Made by a program: the position numbers and the translations under genes. The notes under the pieces are model-generated. The model had not been told where the DNA came from. It was given only the letters and a program-made list of their open reading frames with translations, and ran no database searches. A DNA stretch of 64,000 nucleotides from an uncultured Acidobacteriota bacterium (GTDB taxonomy: Bacteria; Acidobacteriota; Terriglobia; Acidiferrales; UBA7541): assembly GCA_963788495.1 (NCBI GenBank), contig CAWBGX010000010.1, forward strand, positions 1,076,205-1,140,204, read 5' to 3'. Below, piece by piece: positions 20,394 through 30,345 of the stretch (position 1 is the stretch's first letter; each line of letters starts with the position of its first letter).

Positions 20394-21698
20394 TTAGCGA
20401 AGCACCGCACAACCGCGTTGTTCGAGCCCGCAGAGCCACGCCGGCGGCCCGGCCAGCTTGTTCCACCGCAAATCCAGTTTCTCCAGATTCGGCAGCGCCC
20501 CGATGCTTTCCGGAAGCGCGGCCAGCCGGTTCCCCCGCAAGTCCAGAAAACTGAGGCTCGAGAGCGTGGCAATCGACTCCGGGATCGCCTCGAGTTGGTT
20601 GTTTCTCAAATCCAGGCAGGCGAGCCGCGTCAGCTTCCCGATCGACTCCGGAATGGCCGCCAGCCGGTTACCTTGCAGCCGCAACTCTCGCAGGTCTTGC
20701 AGGCCGCCAAGCGATTCCGGCAGCGCAGCCAATTCGTTGTTGAAGAGGTGCAGCTCTCTCAAATTCTCCAGATTCCCGAGCGATTCCGGCAGGCCTTCCA
20801 ACCGATTGTTGTACAGCCTCAATTCGAGGAGGCCCGCCAGATTTCCGATCGTGCCGGGCAGCGATGTCAGTCGATTGTCGGTAACGTTCAGATAGCTCAA
20901 CTTGCGCAGATTCCCCAGCGAATCCGGAACGCTGGTCAGCCGGTTGTTGCTGAGATACAGATAGCCGGAAAGCTCCGTTAAATCGCCAAGTTCTTCGGGC
21001 AAAGCCGTCAGCTCGTTGTGACCAAGGTCCAGTATACGCAGCCGGCTCAGCCCTCCGATCCTCGGAGAGATCGACGACAAGCGATTTTCGGAAAGATCCA
21101 GCGTGGTAAGCCGGGTCAGATTCCAGAGCGAGTCCGGCACCGATGCCAGCAAATTGTGGCCGAGCCTCAAATCTTCGAGACTGCCTACGCTCCCAAGACC
21201 CTCGGGCACGGACTCCAACTTGTTGCCGCGAACGTTCAGTCTCTCCAGCCGCGGCAACCCGGCCATGTCCGCCGGAAGGGAAGTCAGTTGGTTCTTATCC
21301 ACATGCAGCTCGCGCAATTCACGTAGCTGACCCATCCATCCCGGGAGCCCGGCGAGCTGGTTCTCGTCCAGGTACAAGCTCCGGAGATCCCGCATGCCGC
21401 GCATCGATTCCGGAAGCTCGGCAAGTTGGTTGCCGGTCAAATCCAAATGCCGCAAAGCCGCCAGCTGCCCAAGCGAATCCGGCAGCGCCCGCAAGCCGCA
21501 GTATCGAAGCGCGAGGCCCAGGAAGGTCCCGTCCTTCGAGTACACCCCCAAGTTCTCCGTGATCCTGCCGCCACAGCCGCGGAGGTCGTCATCGAGTCCG
21601 CCGGAAACATGCGCCGGAGGTATCGGGCGACCCTCCGCCAAGTGACCCGACGCCCACGCCGCGGCCGCCAGCTCCCGCAACACGCTGAGTTCGCTCAT
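20394..21698 (-). CDS. leucine-rich repeat protein
   Basis: About 15 tandem 23-aa repeats LxxLxLxxNxLxxLPxxIGxL; ATG overlaps the stop of the upstream gene. Confidence 0.95.
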   Translation of the reverse strand: MSELSVLRELAAAAWASGHLAEGRPIPPAHVSGGLDDDLRGCGGRITENLGVYSKDGTFLGLALRYCGLRALPDSLGQLAALRHLDLTGNQLAELPESMRGMRDLRSLYLDENQLAGLPGWMGQLRELRELHVDKNQLTSLPADMAGLPRLERLNVRGNKLESVPEGLGSVGSLEDLRLGHNLLASVPDSLWNLTRLTTLDLSENRLSSISPRIGGLSRLRILDLGHNELTALPEELGDLTELSGYLYLSNNRLTSVPDSLGNLRKLSYLNVTDNRLTSLPGTIGNLAGLLELRLYNNRLEGLPESLGNLENLRELHLFNNELAALPESLGGLQDLRELRLQGNRLAAIPESIGKLTRLACLDLRNNQLEAIPESIATLSSLSFLDLRGNRLAALPESIGALPNLEKLDLRWNKLAGPPAWLCGLEQRGCAVLR

Positions 21699-22525
21699 TT
21701 CCGCGGGCCTTCCCGAACGCCCCACGTGGCGCTCATGGCCTGGTCCAGCGAAGTCTTTTCGTCCCGGCTCAGTGGCCGAGCCGCCCCCTTGGCCAGATCG
21801 CCCAGCGCCAGTGGTCCGATGGCCACGCGCACCAATCGCAACACCTCGATTCCCAACACTTGAAACATTCGCCGAAGGTGCCGGTTTTTTCCTTCGTCCA
21901 GTACGATTTCCAGCCAGGAATTGCGCTGGCCTTGCCGCAAAATCTCCGCGCTCCGCACGCTTAGGAATTCTCCTTCGTGGTGCACGCCCTTTCGCAACGA
22001 CGCCAGCACTCCTTCCTGCGCAACCATCCCGATCTGCACGTGATACGTCTTGGCCAGGTGGGTTTCCGGCGCCAGCACCCGGGCCGCCCACTCCGAATCA
22101 TTCGTCAGCAGCAGCAAACCCTCGCTGGCCTTGTCGAGCCTCCCTACCGGCGCCAGCCACTTCGCTCCCTCGCCGCCGGCAGCGCGCAGGGAATCGTAAA
22201 CCGTTTCGCGGCCTTTCTCGTCGGAAGCGGTGGTCACCACATTGCGCGGCTTATTCAATATGAAATAAACCATCGCAGCAGCCGCGATCGCCCGCCCATC
22301 GACCTCGATGCGGTCGCGATGCAAATGCGCGGGCGTCTCCGGGTTCCGCCGCACCACGCCGTTAAGCGTTACTCGCCCCGCCTGAATCAGCGCACTGGCT
22401 TTTGAGCGAGAGCAAAACCCCAGTTTGGATAACGCCCGCGCCAGGCCAATTTTTCGGCCGTCAACATCTGCTGTGCTCTTGCCGCCGTGGCGGTTCGCAG
22501 TTTGTCTGGGAAGATGGCGGCGCAC
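21695..22525 (-). CDS. rRNA pseudouridine synthase (RsuA/RluB family)
   Basis: S4 domain, NKP, PVGRLDKASEGLLLLTND, EGKNRHLRRM. Confidence 0.95.
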   Translation of the reverse strand: MRRHLPRQTANRHGGKSTADVDGRKIGLARALSKLGFCSRSKASALIQAGRVTLNGVVRRNPETPAHLHRDRIEVDGRAIAAAAMVYFILNKPRNVVTTASDEKGRETVYDSLRAAGGEGAKWLAPVGRLDKASEGLLLLTNDSEWAARVLAPETHLAKTYHVQIGMVAQEGVLASLRKGVHHEGEFLSVRSAEILRQGQRNSWLEIVLDEGKNRHLRRMFQVLGIEVLRLVRVAIGPLALGDLAKGAARPLSRDEKTSLDQAMSATWGVREGPRK

Positions 22526-23124
22526 GCGGGAATTATATGCGGCCCGACCAGGAATCGCGCAAGAGAGAGGGGAACCGCCTATTTGGTTAGGCGAAAACTC
22601 GGGACGCGAAGCAAAGGTGTGCAGGAGAAGGGAAAAGTCGACCGGAAAGGTCAGCAGGAAAAATTCAGAAGAAGGAAGAAGAAGGAGCGCCGCGTCCCAG
22701 CCCTACCGCTTCGTTCTAGCGAAGCGTCCACGCCGCCCCTTCTCGCTTCCAATTGCGAACTTGGTAGCCCGCACCCGCATCCTCGCAGAGATGGCTATGC
22801 ACCTCCATACCGTAAATCCAGTATGCCGACCCCAAAAACTCCGTTACCCCTGCGAGCGGCTTCGGTCTTAGCAAAAATCTCCGGTTGGGACTTCGAAACA
22901 CTAAAAGCGGCGACTTGTACTCGCCGGCGAGAGCCAACGCGCCCGCAATTTAGCCAGGCTCGTCCCACAAAGCACGTCCTTTGATCTCTCGTTTGCGTCT
23001 AAACTGATGCAACTCGAATCGCCAAGGCCCAGGCTGACCCAGCGTCACGCTTAAATATCGTGACGCAGCGGGCGCCGCCGCTTCTATGCGCGAATGTGGC
23101 CTGCAACCGGCAAGTTCTGACCCT

Positions 23125-24723
23125 ATGCTTCAGAATCTCACGCTCCATTCGGTAAGGCTCCGCAGGACCATCTATGTGGTCCTTGCCTTCGTCGCGCTAG
23201 CCCTCGCCACCGGCGTGGTAATTCTTGCTCTGCACTGGCCCTTTTCGCAGGATCGCATCACTCAATCCCTCCAAGGGAGCTTCCCCGCGATCGTCACCTT
23301 CCAGAAATTTCACCCCACCTACTTTCCGCATCCCGGCTGTGTCGGCGAAGGCGTGGTTTTCAAACGTCTTGGCAGGCCCCTGGACGCCCCGCCCATCGTC
23401 ATCATTCAACGCATCACCTTCGAGGGGCACTATATCGACATCTTGCTGCGCCCTGGCTATCTGGCCCGCATCGTCATGAACGGCTTTCGCGTCCAAGTCC
23501 CGCCCATCGGAACCCCGCTCCAGAAATCCGATTGGAAGGAAACCCCCTCGGCCATCCGTGTCGATGAAATCGTCGCCGACGGCGCTGTCCTCGAAATCGC
23601 TCGCGCCGATCCTCACACCCCGCTGCTCTTCGATATCCACACTCTGAAGCTGGGTTCCGTCAGCCGCGGCAGACCGATGTCTTACACGGTCTCGTTCCAT
23701 AACCCGCTTCCGCCGGGCGAAATTCACTCCCAGGGCCGATTCGGTCCGTGGAACTCTGACGATCCCGGCCAGACTCCGGTGGCCGGGCAATCCACCTTCC
23801 AGAACGCCGATCTCGGCGTCTTCGACGGCATCGCCGGGATGCTCTTCTCCGAAGAGAAATTTCAGGGTCCATTGCGGCACATCGAAGCCCAGGGCAGCAT
23901 CGACATCCCCGATTTCATGGTCACTCGCAGCGAGCATTCCGTCCACGTGACCAGCCAGGTCCACGCCTTCGTCGACGGCATCAATGGCGACGTTGAACTC
24001 GAACACGTGAACGCCGCCTTCCTCAAGACCCGCGTCGACGCCAAGGGCAAGATTGCCGGTCAGGCCGGCCAACACGGCAAGACCACTTCCGTGGATTTGA
24101 CCGTACGTGACGGCCGCATCCAGGATGTGCTCCGGCTATTCCTCCGCGGACCCAAGCCGCCGCTGAATGGCACCACCAACTTCCGCGCCCACGTGGTGAT
24201 TCCTCCAGAAGACCGCTCGTTTCTCCGGAGAGTCCGCCTCGCCGGAGATTTCGGCGTTGCGGGCGGCGAGTTCACCAAGTCTTCCGTGCAATCCGATGTA
24301 GACAACCTCAGCGAAAAAGCCCGCGGCGTAAAATCATCCGATAAGCCCGAAGACGATGACCCCGACCAGGTCATCTCCGGCCTCGCAGGTCATGTCGAGC
24401 TTCGCAACGCTACCGCCACCCTCAGCAATTCGTCCTTCGTGGTTCCGGGTGCTTCCGCTCAGATGCACGGAACCTACAATCTTGAAAGCGAAGCGGTCAA
24501 TCTGCACGGCACCCTCAAGACCGACGTCGAGTTTTCCAAAATGACCAGCGGCTTCAAGTCCGTCCTGCTTAAGCCCTTTGACGTGCTGTTCAAGAGGAAA
24601 CATGCCGGCGCCGTGGTCCCGGTGCACCTGACCGGCACGTATGCCGCCCCCCAAATCGGACTGGATCTGCCTGTACCCGGCCAAAACACCTCCACCCAAC
24701 CCTCCCCCGCCGTAAACCCTTAA
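23125..24723 (+). CDS. AsmA-like envelope protein
   Basis: N-terminal TM anchor, beta-rich body, C-terminal 'VPVHLTGTYAAPQIGLD'. Confidence 0.75.
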   Translation: MLQNLTLHSVRLRRTIYVVLAFVALALATGVVILALHWPFSQDRITQSLQGSFPAIVTFQKFHPTYFPHPGCVGEGVVFKRLGRPLDAPPIVIIQRITFEGHYIDILLRPGYLARIVMNGFRVQVPPIGTPLQKSDWKETPSAIRVDEIVADGAVLEIARADPHTPLLFDIHTLKLGSVSRGRPMSYTVSFHNPLPPGEIHSQGRFGPWNSDDPGQTPVAGQSTFQNADLGVFDGIAGMLFSEEKFQGPLRHIEAQGSIDIPDFMVTRSEHSVHVTSQVHAFVDGINGDVELEHVNAAFLKTRVDAKGKIAGQAGQHGKTTSVDLTVRDGRIQDVLRLFLRGPKPPLNGTTNFRAHVVIPPEDRSFLRRVRLAGDFGVAGGEFTKSSVQSDVDNLSEKARGVKSSDKPEDDDPDQVISGLAGHVELRNATATLSNSSFVVPGASAQMHGTYNLESEAVNLHGTLKTDVEFSKMTSGFKSVLLKPFDVLFKRKHAGAVVPVHLTGTYAAPQIGLDLPVPGQNTSTQPSPAVNP

Positions 24724-24979
24724 GAAATATTAGCCTTAGCGTAGCGGCCGACTGGGCCTGAGACCACCCCCCGGGAAGCGCCCGGTCGTCCCGAAAACCC
24801 CGATTCCTGCAGGGCCCTGCCGACTGCGACGAGGGGCTCGCGAATCGGCCCAAACGCAGCGCTATCGCCCGGTCCCACCCGGACGCGAAACCGCTATCAG
24901 CCCTTTGCGCAATGCCAATTCCCTTTGTTCTTCCAGCCCCGGCCGCCCTGGCTATAGTCACATTAGGGGTCTCTCATCC

Positions 24980-27331
24980 ATGCGGCGTGTCCCTATTGGA
25001 GTTCACTCGCTCATTCTTAGCGCTCTGGCCGTAGTCCTGGGCCTGCTAAGCATGTGGGGGTGTGCGGGAGGGTTTCAAGGCGCCAAGCCGGCGGCGCAAA
25101 GCACAAATCCGCCACCGCCGCGGGCCCAGAGCCTGGTTCCCAGTTCCACAACGCCGCCCTATAAAGCGTCGGTCAACCTGGTTCCGACTTTCTCTGGCGG
25201 CACCGCCGTCATCGGCTCCGGCGGCGTAGGCAGTTCCGACATAACGACATCCGCCGTGAGCGGCTCCTCCTATCCGACTCCGGCCCTGACCGCCACCAAG
25301 ACGTACACGCTCACGGTTACCAGTCCCAGCGGGGCCGTCGTTTCCACAACTTGCGTCGTTACCCCGACGCAAGTTCTCATCACCCCGATTTTACCGGCGA
25401 ATCAGACCTTCGCCCCGGGACAACTCAGCTTCGCCGCCGTCGCTAGCGGCGGCCTGACCAACAACCTGACCTGGAGCGCCAGCCTCGGAACCTTCGGCTC
25501 CAATGTCTGGACGTCCCCCGCGGCCGTCGGCACGTACACCATCACCGCCACCAGCGTCGACAACCCCGCCGTCTCCGTTTCCACCACCGCTAAAATCAGC
25601 GGTCCCATGATTCTGGCGCAACCCGTAAGCCAGCACATCTGCACCGGCAGCGGCTTGGCGTTGTCCATCACCGCCACCTACGCCGCCAGCTATCAATGGA
25701 ATTTCAATGGATCGCCAATCCCCGGCGCCACCAGCTCCACGTACACCGTTTCCGGCGCGGCAGCCGCCAACGCCGGCAATTACACCGTCACCGTCACCAA
25801 CGGTATTGGCAGCGTGATCTCCAGCGTAGCCGCAATCGCAGTGGGCTCCACCATCACCTCCAATCCCACAAGCGTCTCGCTCCACCCAGCCCAGACCGGC
25901 AGCTTTTCCGTCAAAGCCCAGGGCTTTAGCCCGTTCACCTATCAATGGTTCCAGATTCCGTCCGGCGGCTCCTCGGGAGTGGCCATCTCCGGCGCAAACT
26001 CTAACCTCTATATCACCCCGGGCGTGGACCTGACCTACAACGGCGCCAAGTACTACGCCAACGTCGTCGACTCTTGCGCCGGCGTCCCCCTGACCAGCAC
26101 CTCGGCCGATCTAACGGTAACCGCAGGCAACACCTCACCCACGATCATCACCCAGCCGGTAGGTGTGAGTGTCGCGGCAGGAAGCACGCCGTCGTTCACA
26201 GTAGTCGCCACCGGCACCCCGGCCCTCTCTTATCAATGGTTTAGGATCCCCGCGGGATCAACCACGGGCGTCTCCATCGCCGGCGCCACCTCCGCCACCT
26301 ACATGCTGCCAGCCACAGCCACCACCACCGCCAACGACCAAGACGCCTACTATGTCGTCGTAACCAACGCCTTCGGACAAGCCCTTTCCCAGCACGCGAC
26401 TCTCGCGGTCGGCAACGGCATCCTGCTGCAAATCACTGGACAACCGGTCACCCAATACGTGGACGTGGGCGCCCCCGCCACCTACCAGGTAACCGCCATT
26501 TCCAGTCTGCCCCTCACCTATCAGTGGTACGAAGCCCCTCCGGGCAGCGCCACCTTCACGGCCATCCCCGGGGCTACAAGCTCCACCTATACCCTGGACT
26601 CCGCCGCCCTCACCGACAACGGCTCCGTTTTCCACGTTGTGGTCAGCAACGGCACCACCGCCTCGGTCACCAGCAATGCCGCGGCCCTCTTCGTCGGACC
26701 CCTGTCCGGCGTTCCGGACCTTTGCGACTCGACCTGGTCCGCCCTCGGCAATGCCTCGGTGGGCCCTGGGTGCACCGTCCAACTGGCCGCCGCCACCTTC
26801 AACCAGCACGGCGAAATCGTCTGGCCGAATCTCATTTCCACCGGCGACATTCAGCTCAGCTTCACGGTAACTCTCAGCAATCCCAGCGCGATTCCCGCCG
26901 ACGGCTTCGCGGTAGTGCTGGGCGATCCCTCTCTCGGCGCGACGCCCACCAGTCTGGGCGCAACCGGCATGGGCCTGGGCGCGAAAGGCATTCCCGGCCT
27001 GGTCTTCGCTTTCGACACCTACCACAACGCCGGCGACCCCCCGGTTCCTTATCTCGGCGTAGGACGCGGCGAAGCTGCGCAGTTTGAAAACCCCTGGTTC
27101 GCCGTCAACACCAGCATTCCAACGCTGGTCGCCGGCGGCATGACCATCACTCACGACTACACCGTGTCCCTGGTGCAGGGACAACTGACCGTGACCCTGG
27201 ACGGCGTGCAGGTCGTTTCCGGCACCGTCATGCCTCCGCCCGTGGCCTATCTATATGTCACCGCTTCCACCGGCGGGTCGTACGAAGACACCGTCATCAG
27301 CAACGTAAGCGCCACGGTTTCAGTTCCTTGA
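24980..27331 (+). CDS. surface lipoprotein with tandem Ig-like domains and C-terminal L-type lectin-like domain
   Basis: Probable lipobox (MWG-C); four 'P.I..QP...YQW...I.GA.S.Y...Y.V.V.N' repeats; 'ADGFAVVL..FDTY..TASTGG' legume-lectin-like motifs. Confidence 0.8.
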   Translation: MRRVPIGVHSLILSALAVVLGLLSMWGCAGGFQGAKPAAQSTNPPPPRAQSLVPSSTTPPYKASVNLVPTFSGGTAVIGSGGVGSSDITTSAVSGSSYPTPALTATKTYTLTVTSPSGAVVSTTCVVTPTQVLITPILPANQTFAPGQLSFAAVASGGLTNNLTWSASLGTFGSNVWTSPAAVGTYTITATSVDNPAVSVSTTAKISGPMILAQPVSQHICTGSGLALSITATYAASYQWNFNGSPIPGATSSTYTVSGAAAANAGNYTVTVTNGIGSVISSVAAIAVGSTITSNPTSVSLHPAQTGSFSVKAQGFSPFTYQWFQIPSGGSSGVAISGANSNLYITPGVDLTYNGAKYYANVVDSCAGVPLTSTSADLTVTAGNTSPTIITQPVGVSVAAGSTPSFTVVATGTPALSYQWFRIPAGSTTGVSIAGATSATYMLPATATTTANDQDAYYVVVTNAFGQALSQHATLAVGNGILLQITGQPVTQYVDVGAPATYQVTAISSLPLTYQWYEAPPGSATFTAIPGATSSTYTLDSAALTDNGSVFHVVVSNGTTASVTSNAAALFVGPLSGVPDLCDSTWSALGNASVGPGCTVQLAAATFNQHGEIVWPNLISTGDIQLSFTVTLSNPSAIPADGFAVVLGDPSLGATPTSLGATGMGLGAKGIPGLVFAFDTYHNAGDPPVPYLGVGRGEAAQFENPWFAVNTSIPTLVAGGMTITHDYTVSLVQGQLTVTLDGVQVVSGTVMPPPVAYLYVTASTGGSYEDTVISNVSATVSVP

Positions 27332-27405
27332 CGCGAACGCGAAGCTCCCGCGCAGCCTTGAGAGCGCGCAGCTTCAGGACCTGGAAGAGTTTGAGGAGAA
27401 CGGCA

Positions 27406-27987
27406 ATGCGATCGATCCTACTGATAACCGCCGTGCTGCTCGCAGCAGCATCGTCGGCCATGGCCCAAGACCAGGAGTCCTACAACGGCGACGTCGCCGC
27501 CACCTACCATTGGGTGCGCTCCAACGCCGGACCCGGCCAGTGCGGCTGCTTCGGTCTGAACGGCGCAGGCATTTCCGGCTCCTGGAATTTCCGCGGCCCC
27601 TGGTCCCTGGTGACCGAATTCAGCTCCGAGTACACCGGAAGCGCCCCCACCACAGGAAGTTCTCTCACCCTGACATCGATTCTAGCCGGCGGCCGCTACT
27701 ATCTCCCGCAACCCTGGCTGCACGGCTCCCATAAGCCGTTGCCCTTCGCCCAAGTTCTGGTAGGCGCAGCTCACGCCGGCGGCGGCGTAGCCGGAATCGG
27801 CGACTCCTCCTACGGCTTTGCCACCCGCATCGGCGGCGGCATCGACGTCCGCCTCAATTCCCGCTTCCTGGTCCGTGTCCTTCAGATCGACTACGACCTA
27901 ACCCACATCGCCAACGCCACCAACAACCACCAAAACAATCTCCTGGTAGGCGCCGGCTTCGTCTTCCACTGGTCTCACGAAAGATAG
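27406..27987 (+). CDS. small outer-membrane beta-barrel protein
   Basis: Signal peptide, alternating beta strands, near-terminal 'GFVFHW'; GAGGAG SD. Confidence 0.8.
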   Translation: MRSILLITAVLLAAASSAMAQDQESYNGDVAATYHWVRSNAGPGQCGCFGLNGAGISGSWNFRGPWSLVTEFSSEYTGSAPTTGSSLTLTSILAGGRYYLPQPWLHGSHKPLPFAQVLVGAAHAGGGVAGIGDSSYGFATRIGGGIDVRLNSRFLVRVLQIDYDLTHIANATNNHQNNLLVGAGFVFHWSHER

Positions 27988-28240
27988 TCCTCAGTTTGTC
28001 GTGGCCATCTACCGCCTTGCCGAGAGCCTTGGCTTGTAGCGCTGGCTTGGCCTGAAATACCGAAGGGGGTCCCTGCCGGCCAGCGCCTTCACGTGCACCG
28101 GAGTCTCCGGAAACCCCTGAAGACACGCCCTGGCCGTTCTCCGCAGGCAATACCAAACGTCCGGCACCCGTAGCGGCCGCCGACCGTGGCGGGTGCCTTT
28201 GAGTTTTTCCACGTCCAATCGAGACCATGGACACCCGCCA

Positions 28241-28912
28241 TTACAACTTATGACCCAGAAAGATAGTGTGCCGCGGACCACCGTTTTTCGCCCGGCCACG
28301 CACCCGCCGCACCTGCACGTCGAACCCCCCATCGCGCAAGCGTTCCGCGAATTTTCGATCCTCTCGAGCCGCCCAAACCGCCAGCACCCCACCCGTCTTG
28401 AGAGCCCCGCGCGCAACAGCTATCCCGCGCCCATCATAGAGCCCAGCATTGTTCGAGACGGTAAACGCAGCCGGCCCGTTGTCCACGTCGAGCAGCACAG
28501 CATCGAATTGCCCGAGACCCGAACGGAGAGTGACGGCGACGTCCCCCATCTCCACCCGCACACGCCTGTCCTTAAGCGGGTCCCCCGCCAAAGGCCCGAG
28601 CGGCCCACGATTCCACTCCACCACCGCAGCCACCAGCTCGGCAACAACCACCGTCGCATCCGCCGAGAGCAGATCAAGCGTAGCCCGCAGCGTGAAACCC
28701 ATTCCGAGCCCCCCAATCAGCACCCTAGCCCGCTCCACCCCCCGCACCCGCTCGCACGCGAGCGCAGCCAACTCCTCCTCCGACCCGTGCACCCGGCTGG
28801 ACATAAGCACCGCCCCGTCAGCCAGTATGAGGTACTCGTCGCCGCGGCGAACCAGCTTCATAACCGTACCGTCGGGAGAAAGCGTCTGGCCGACCAACTC
28901 GAAAGGCTTCAC
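28241..28912 (-). CDS. spermidine synthase-like SAM-dependent protein
   Basis: 'RVLIGGLGMGFTL', 'FDAVLLDVDNGP'. Confidence 0.85.
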   Translation of the reverse strand: MKPFELVGQTLSPDGTVMKLVRRGDEYLILADGAVLMSSRVHGSEEELAALACERVRGVERARVLIGGLGMGFTLRATLDLLSADATVVVAELVAAVVEWNRGPLGPLAGDPLKDRRVRVEMGDVAVTLRSGLGQFDAVLLDVDNGPAAFTVSNNAGLYDGRGIAVARGALKTGGVLAVWAAREDRKFAERLRDGGFDVQVRRVRGRAKNGGPRHTIFLGHKL

Positions 28913-29123
28913 GAACGCGATGTTACAGCGACGCCAAATGTAATGGCCAGTCTTTAGACTGGCCAGAGGGCCTTCAATATTGGTAGCGCCGGCATCCATC
29001 CCGGCTCTTCGCTCCGCTGGTCGGCGCCACCGTGTCTGGTGTCACGGCGCCCTCTCGATAGCGGCGTGCCTTACAGAACCTGGCCATCCGTGGACGAATC
29101 CGGCAACTAGTATGCCTCTCGGG

Positions 29124-30032
29124 TCAGGCACTGGCTGCTGACGTGCGCCAGCCGAGTTCCTCTCGAATGGTGTGGAACATGGCAGCCGCCCCGCTTTGAC
29201 CCGCCTGAACCACGGGTTTTCGGTCAAAGATCCAGAACCGGATCAAGTTCGCGATCCCACCAACCGCTCCAGCGAGAGCCAATGGTCCGCCAAGTGCGCT
29301 AATGCCAATAGGGATGAGCGTGAAGGCGAACTTTTTGTAGACCGTGCCGACGGCTTTCTTCGTGGCTGCATTATATTCCTCAACATACTCCGCCATTTCC
29401 TGCAATGAGTTTCCGCAGGAGATGCCCGTGCGAATCGCGTCGTCTTGCCACTTGTACATCTGCGCTCTCTTCTCCCGGAACTCCGAATCATCGGCAAGAT
29501 CGACTGCCTCCCGCAGGAGTTCCATCTCGGTCTTGCCCTGCGGTTCAGGAACCAGGAATTGATGGGCCAGCGCAATCGACAGAGTTTCATGTCGCTCCTG
29601 GTCGTCAGTCGGGAGCCACTCCTCCTCAACCGCATCAATGGAGGGATAAGCCGCTACGATCGCTACAGGGATGGCCCCAGCAGGCCCGGGTGGCCGTAGT
29701 TCGGTCGCTAGCAGGCGCCGGGTTAATCCGTAATTGGCCTCTCGGTCTACAATTTGTGCGGTTGCCGCGCGCTGCTTGAATAGCTCATCCGTGTACTGGT
29801 TCCACGGGACGGGAATCGCATGTCGTTTGCTCTCATCCCCATCGGCCCGAAGTACTTCGAGAATCGAGTCAAGTCGGCCGGGCGCCCACCCAGCCTGCGA
29901 CCACCGGTCTCGCTCAATGGGATCCGCGGGATGCGGAATCACGAGTCGGTCATACATCAATACATCGGCAGCGAATGGTTGCGGGCGCATATGATCGCGC
30001 ACCGAAAAGGTTCCCCACCGCTCTCTGCTCAT
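29124..30032 (-). CDS. hypothetical protein (accessory)
   Basis: 302-aa ORF with AAGGAGGT SD; Gly-rich hydrophobic segment near the C-terminus. Confidence 0.75.
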   Translation of the reverse strand: MSRERWGTFSVRDHMRPQPFAADVLMYDRLVIPHPADPIERDRWSQAGWAPGRLDSILEVLRADGDESKRHAIPVPWNQYTDELFKQRAATAQIVDREANYGLTRRLLATELRPPGPAGAIPVAIVAAYPSIDAVEEEWLPTDDQERHETLSIALAHQFLVPEPQGKTEMELLREAVDLADDSEFREKRAQMYKWQDDAIRTGISCGNSLQEMAEYVEEYNAATKKAVGTVYKKFAFTLIPIGISALGGPLALAGAVGGIANLIRFWIFDRKPVVQAGQSGAAAMFHTIREELGWRTSAASA

Positions 30033-30180
30033 ACGCACCTCCTTGGCGGCCCCAACCTTAAGTTTCAGACTCCGGCTCATTATAAGCCCGGGCTATCGAC
30101 CAGGCGTTAATAAACGTAGTGATAACTCATACCCGAGAGCACAGGTGCGCTCAGGTGGGTGCCCAACGTGTCGATGCAAG

Positions 30181-30229
30181 TAATAGTACTATTATTCAAT
30201 TGACAACATAGCCGTCTCCCTGCTATACT
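30181..30229 (+). promoter_or_regulatory. sigma70 promoter with upstream 14-bp perfect palindrome
   Basis: TAATAGTACTATTA (30181-30194), TTGACA (30200-30205), TGc-TATACT (30221-30229). Confidence 0.7.
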
Positions 30230-30345
30230 CCGTCGTGTCGCTCGCAAACAACCTCGAGGGTCCCGCCGCTTCCGCTACCAACAGTTGCCCTGCCTTCCAG
30301 CCAACCATAGCGAAACGAGCCGTTCCGCCTCACCCAAAGAATCGC

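Noticed and set aside
28000-28240. ORFs or hairpins between the OM barrel and the spermidine synthase-like gene
   Set aside because: No consistent reading frame or recognisable element
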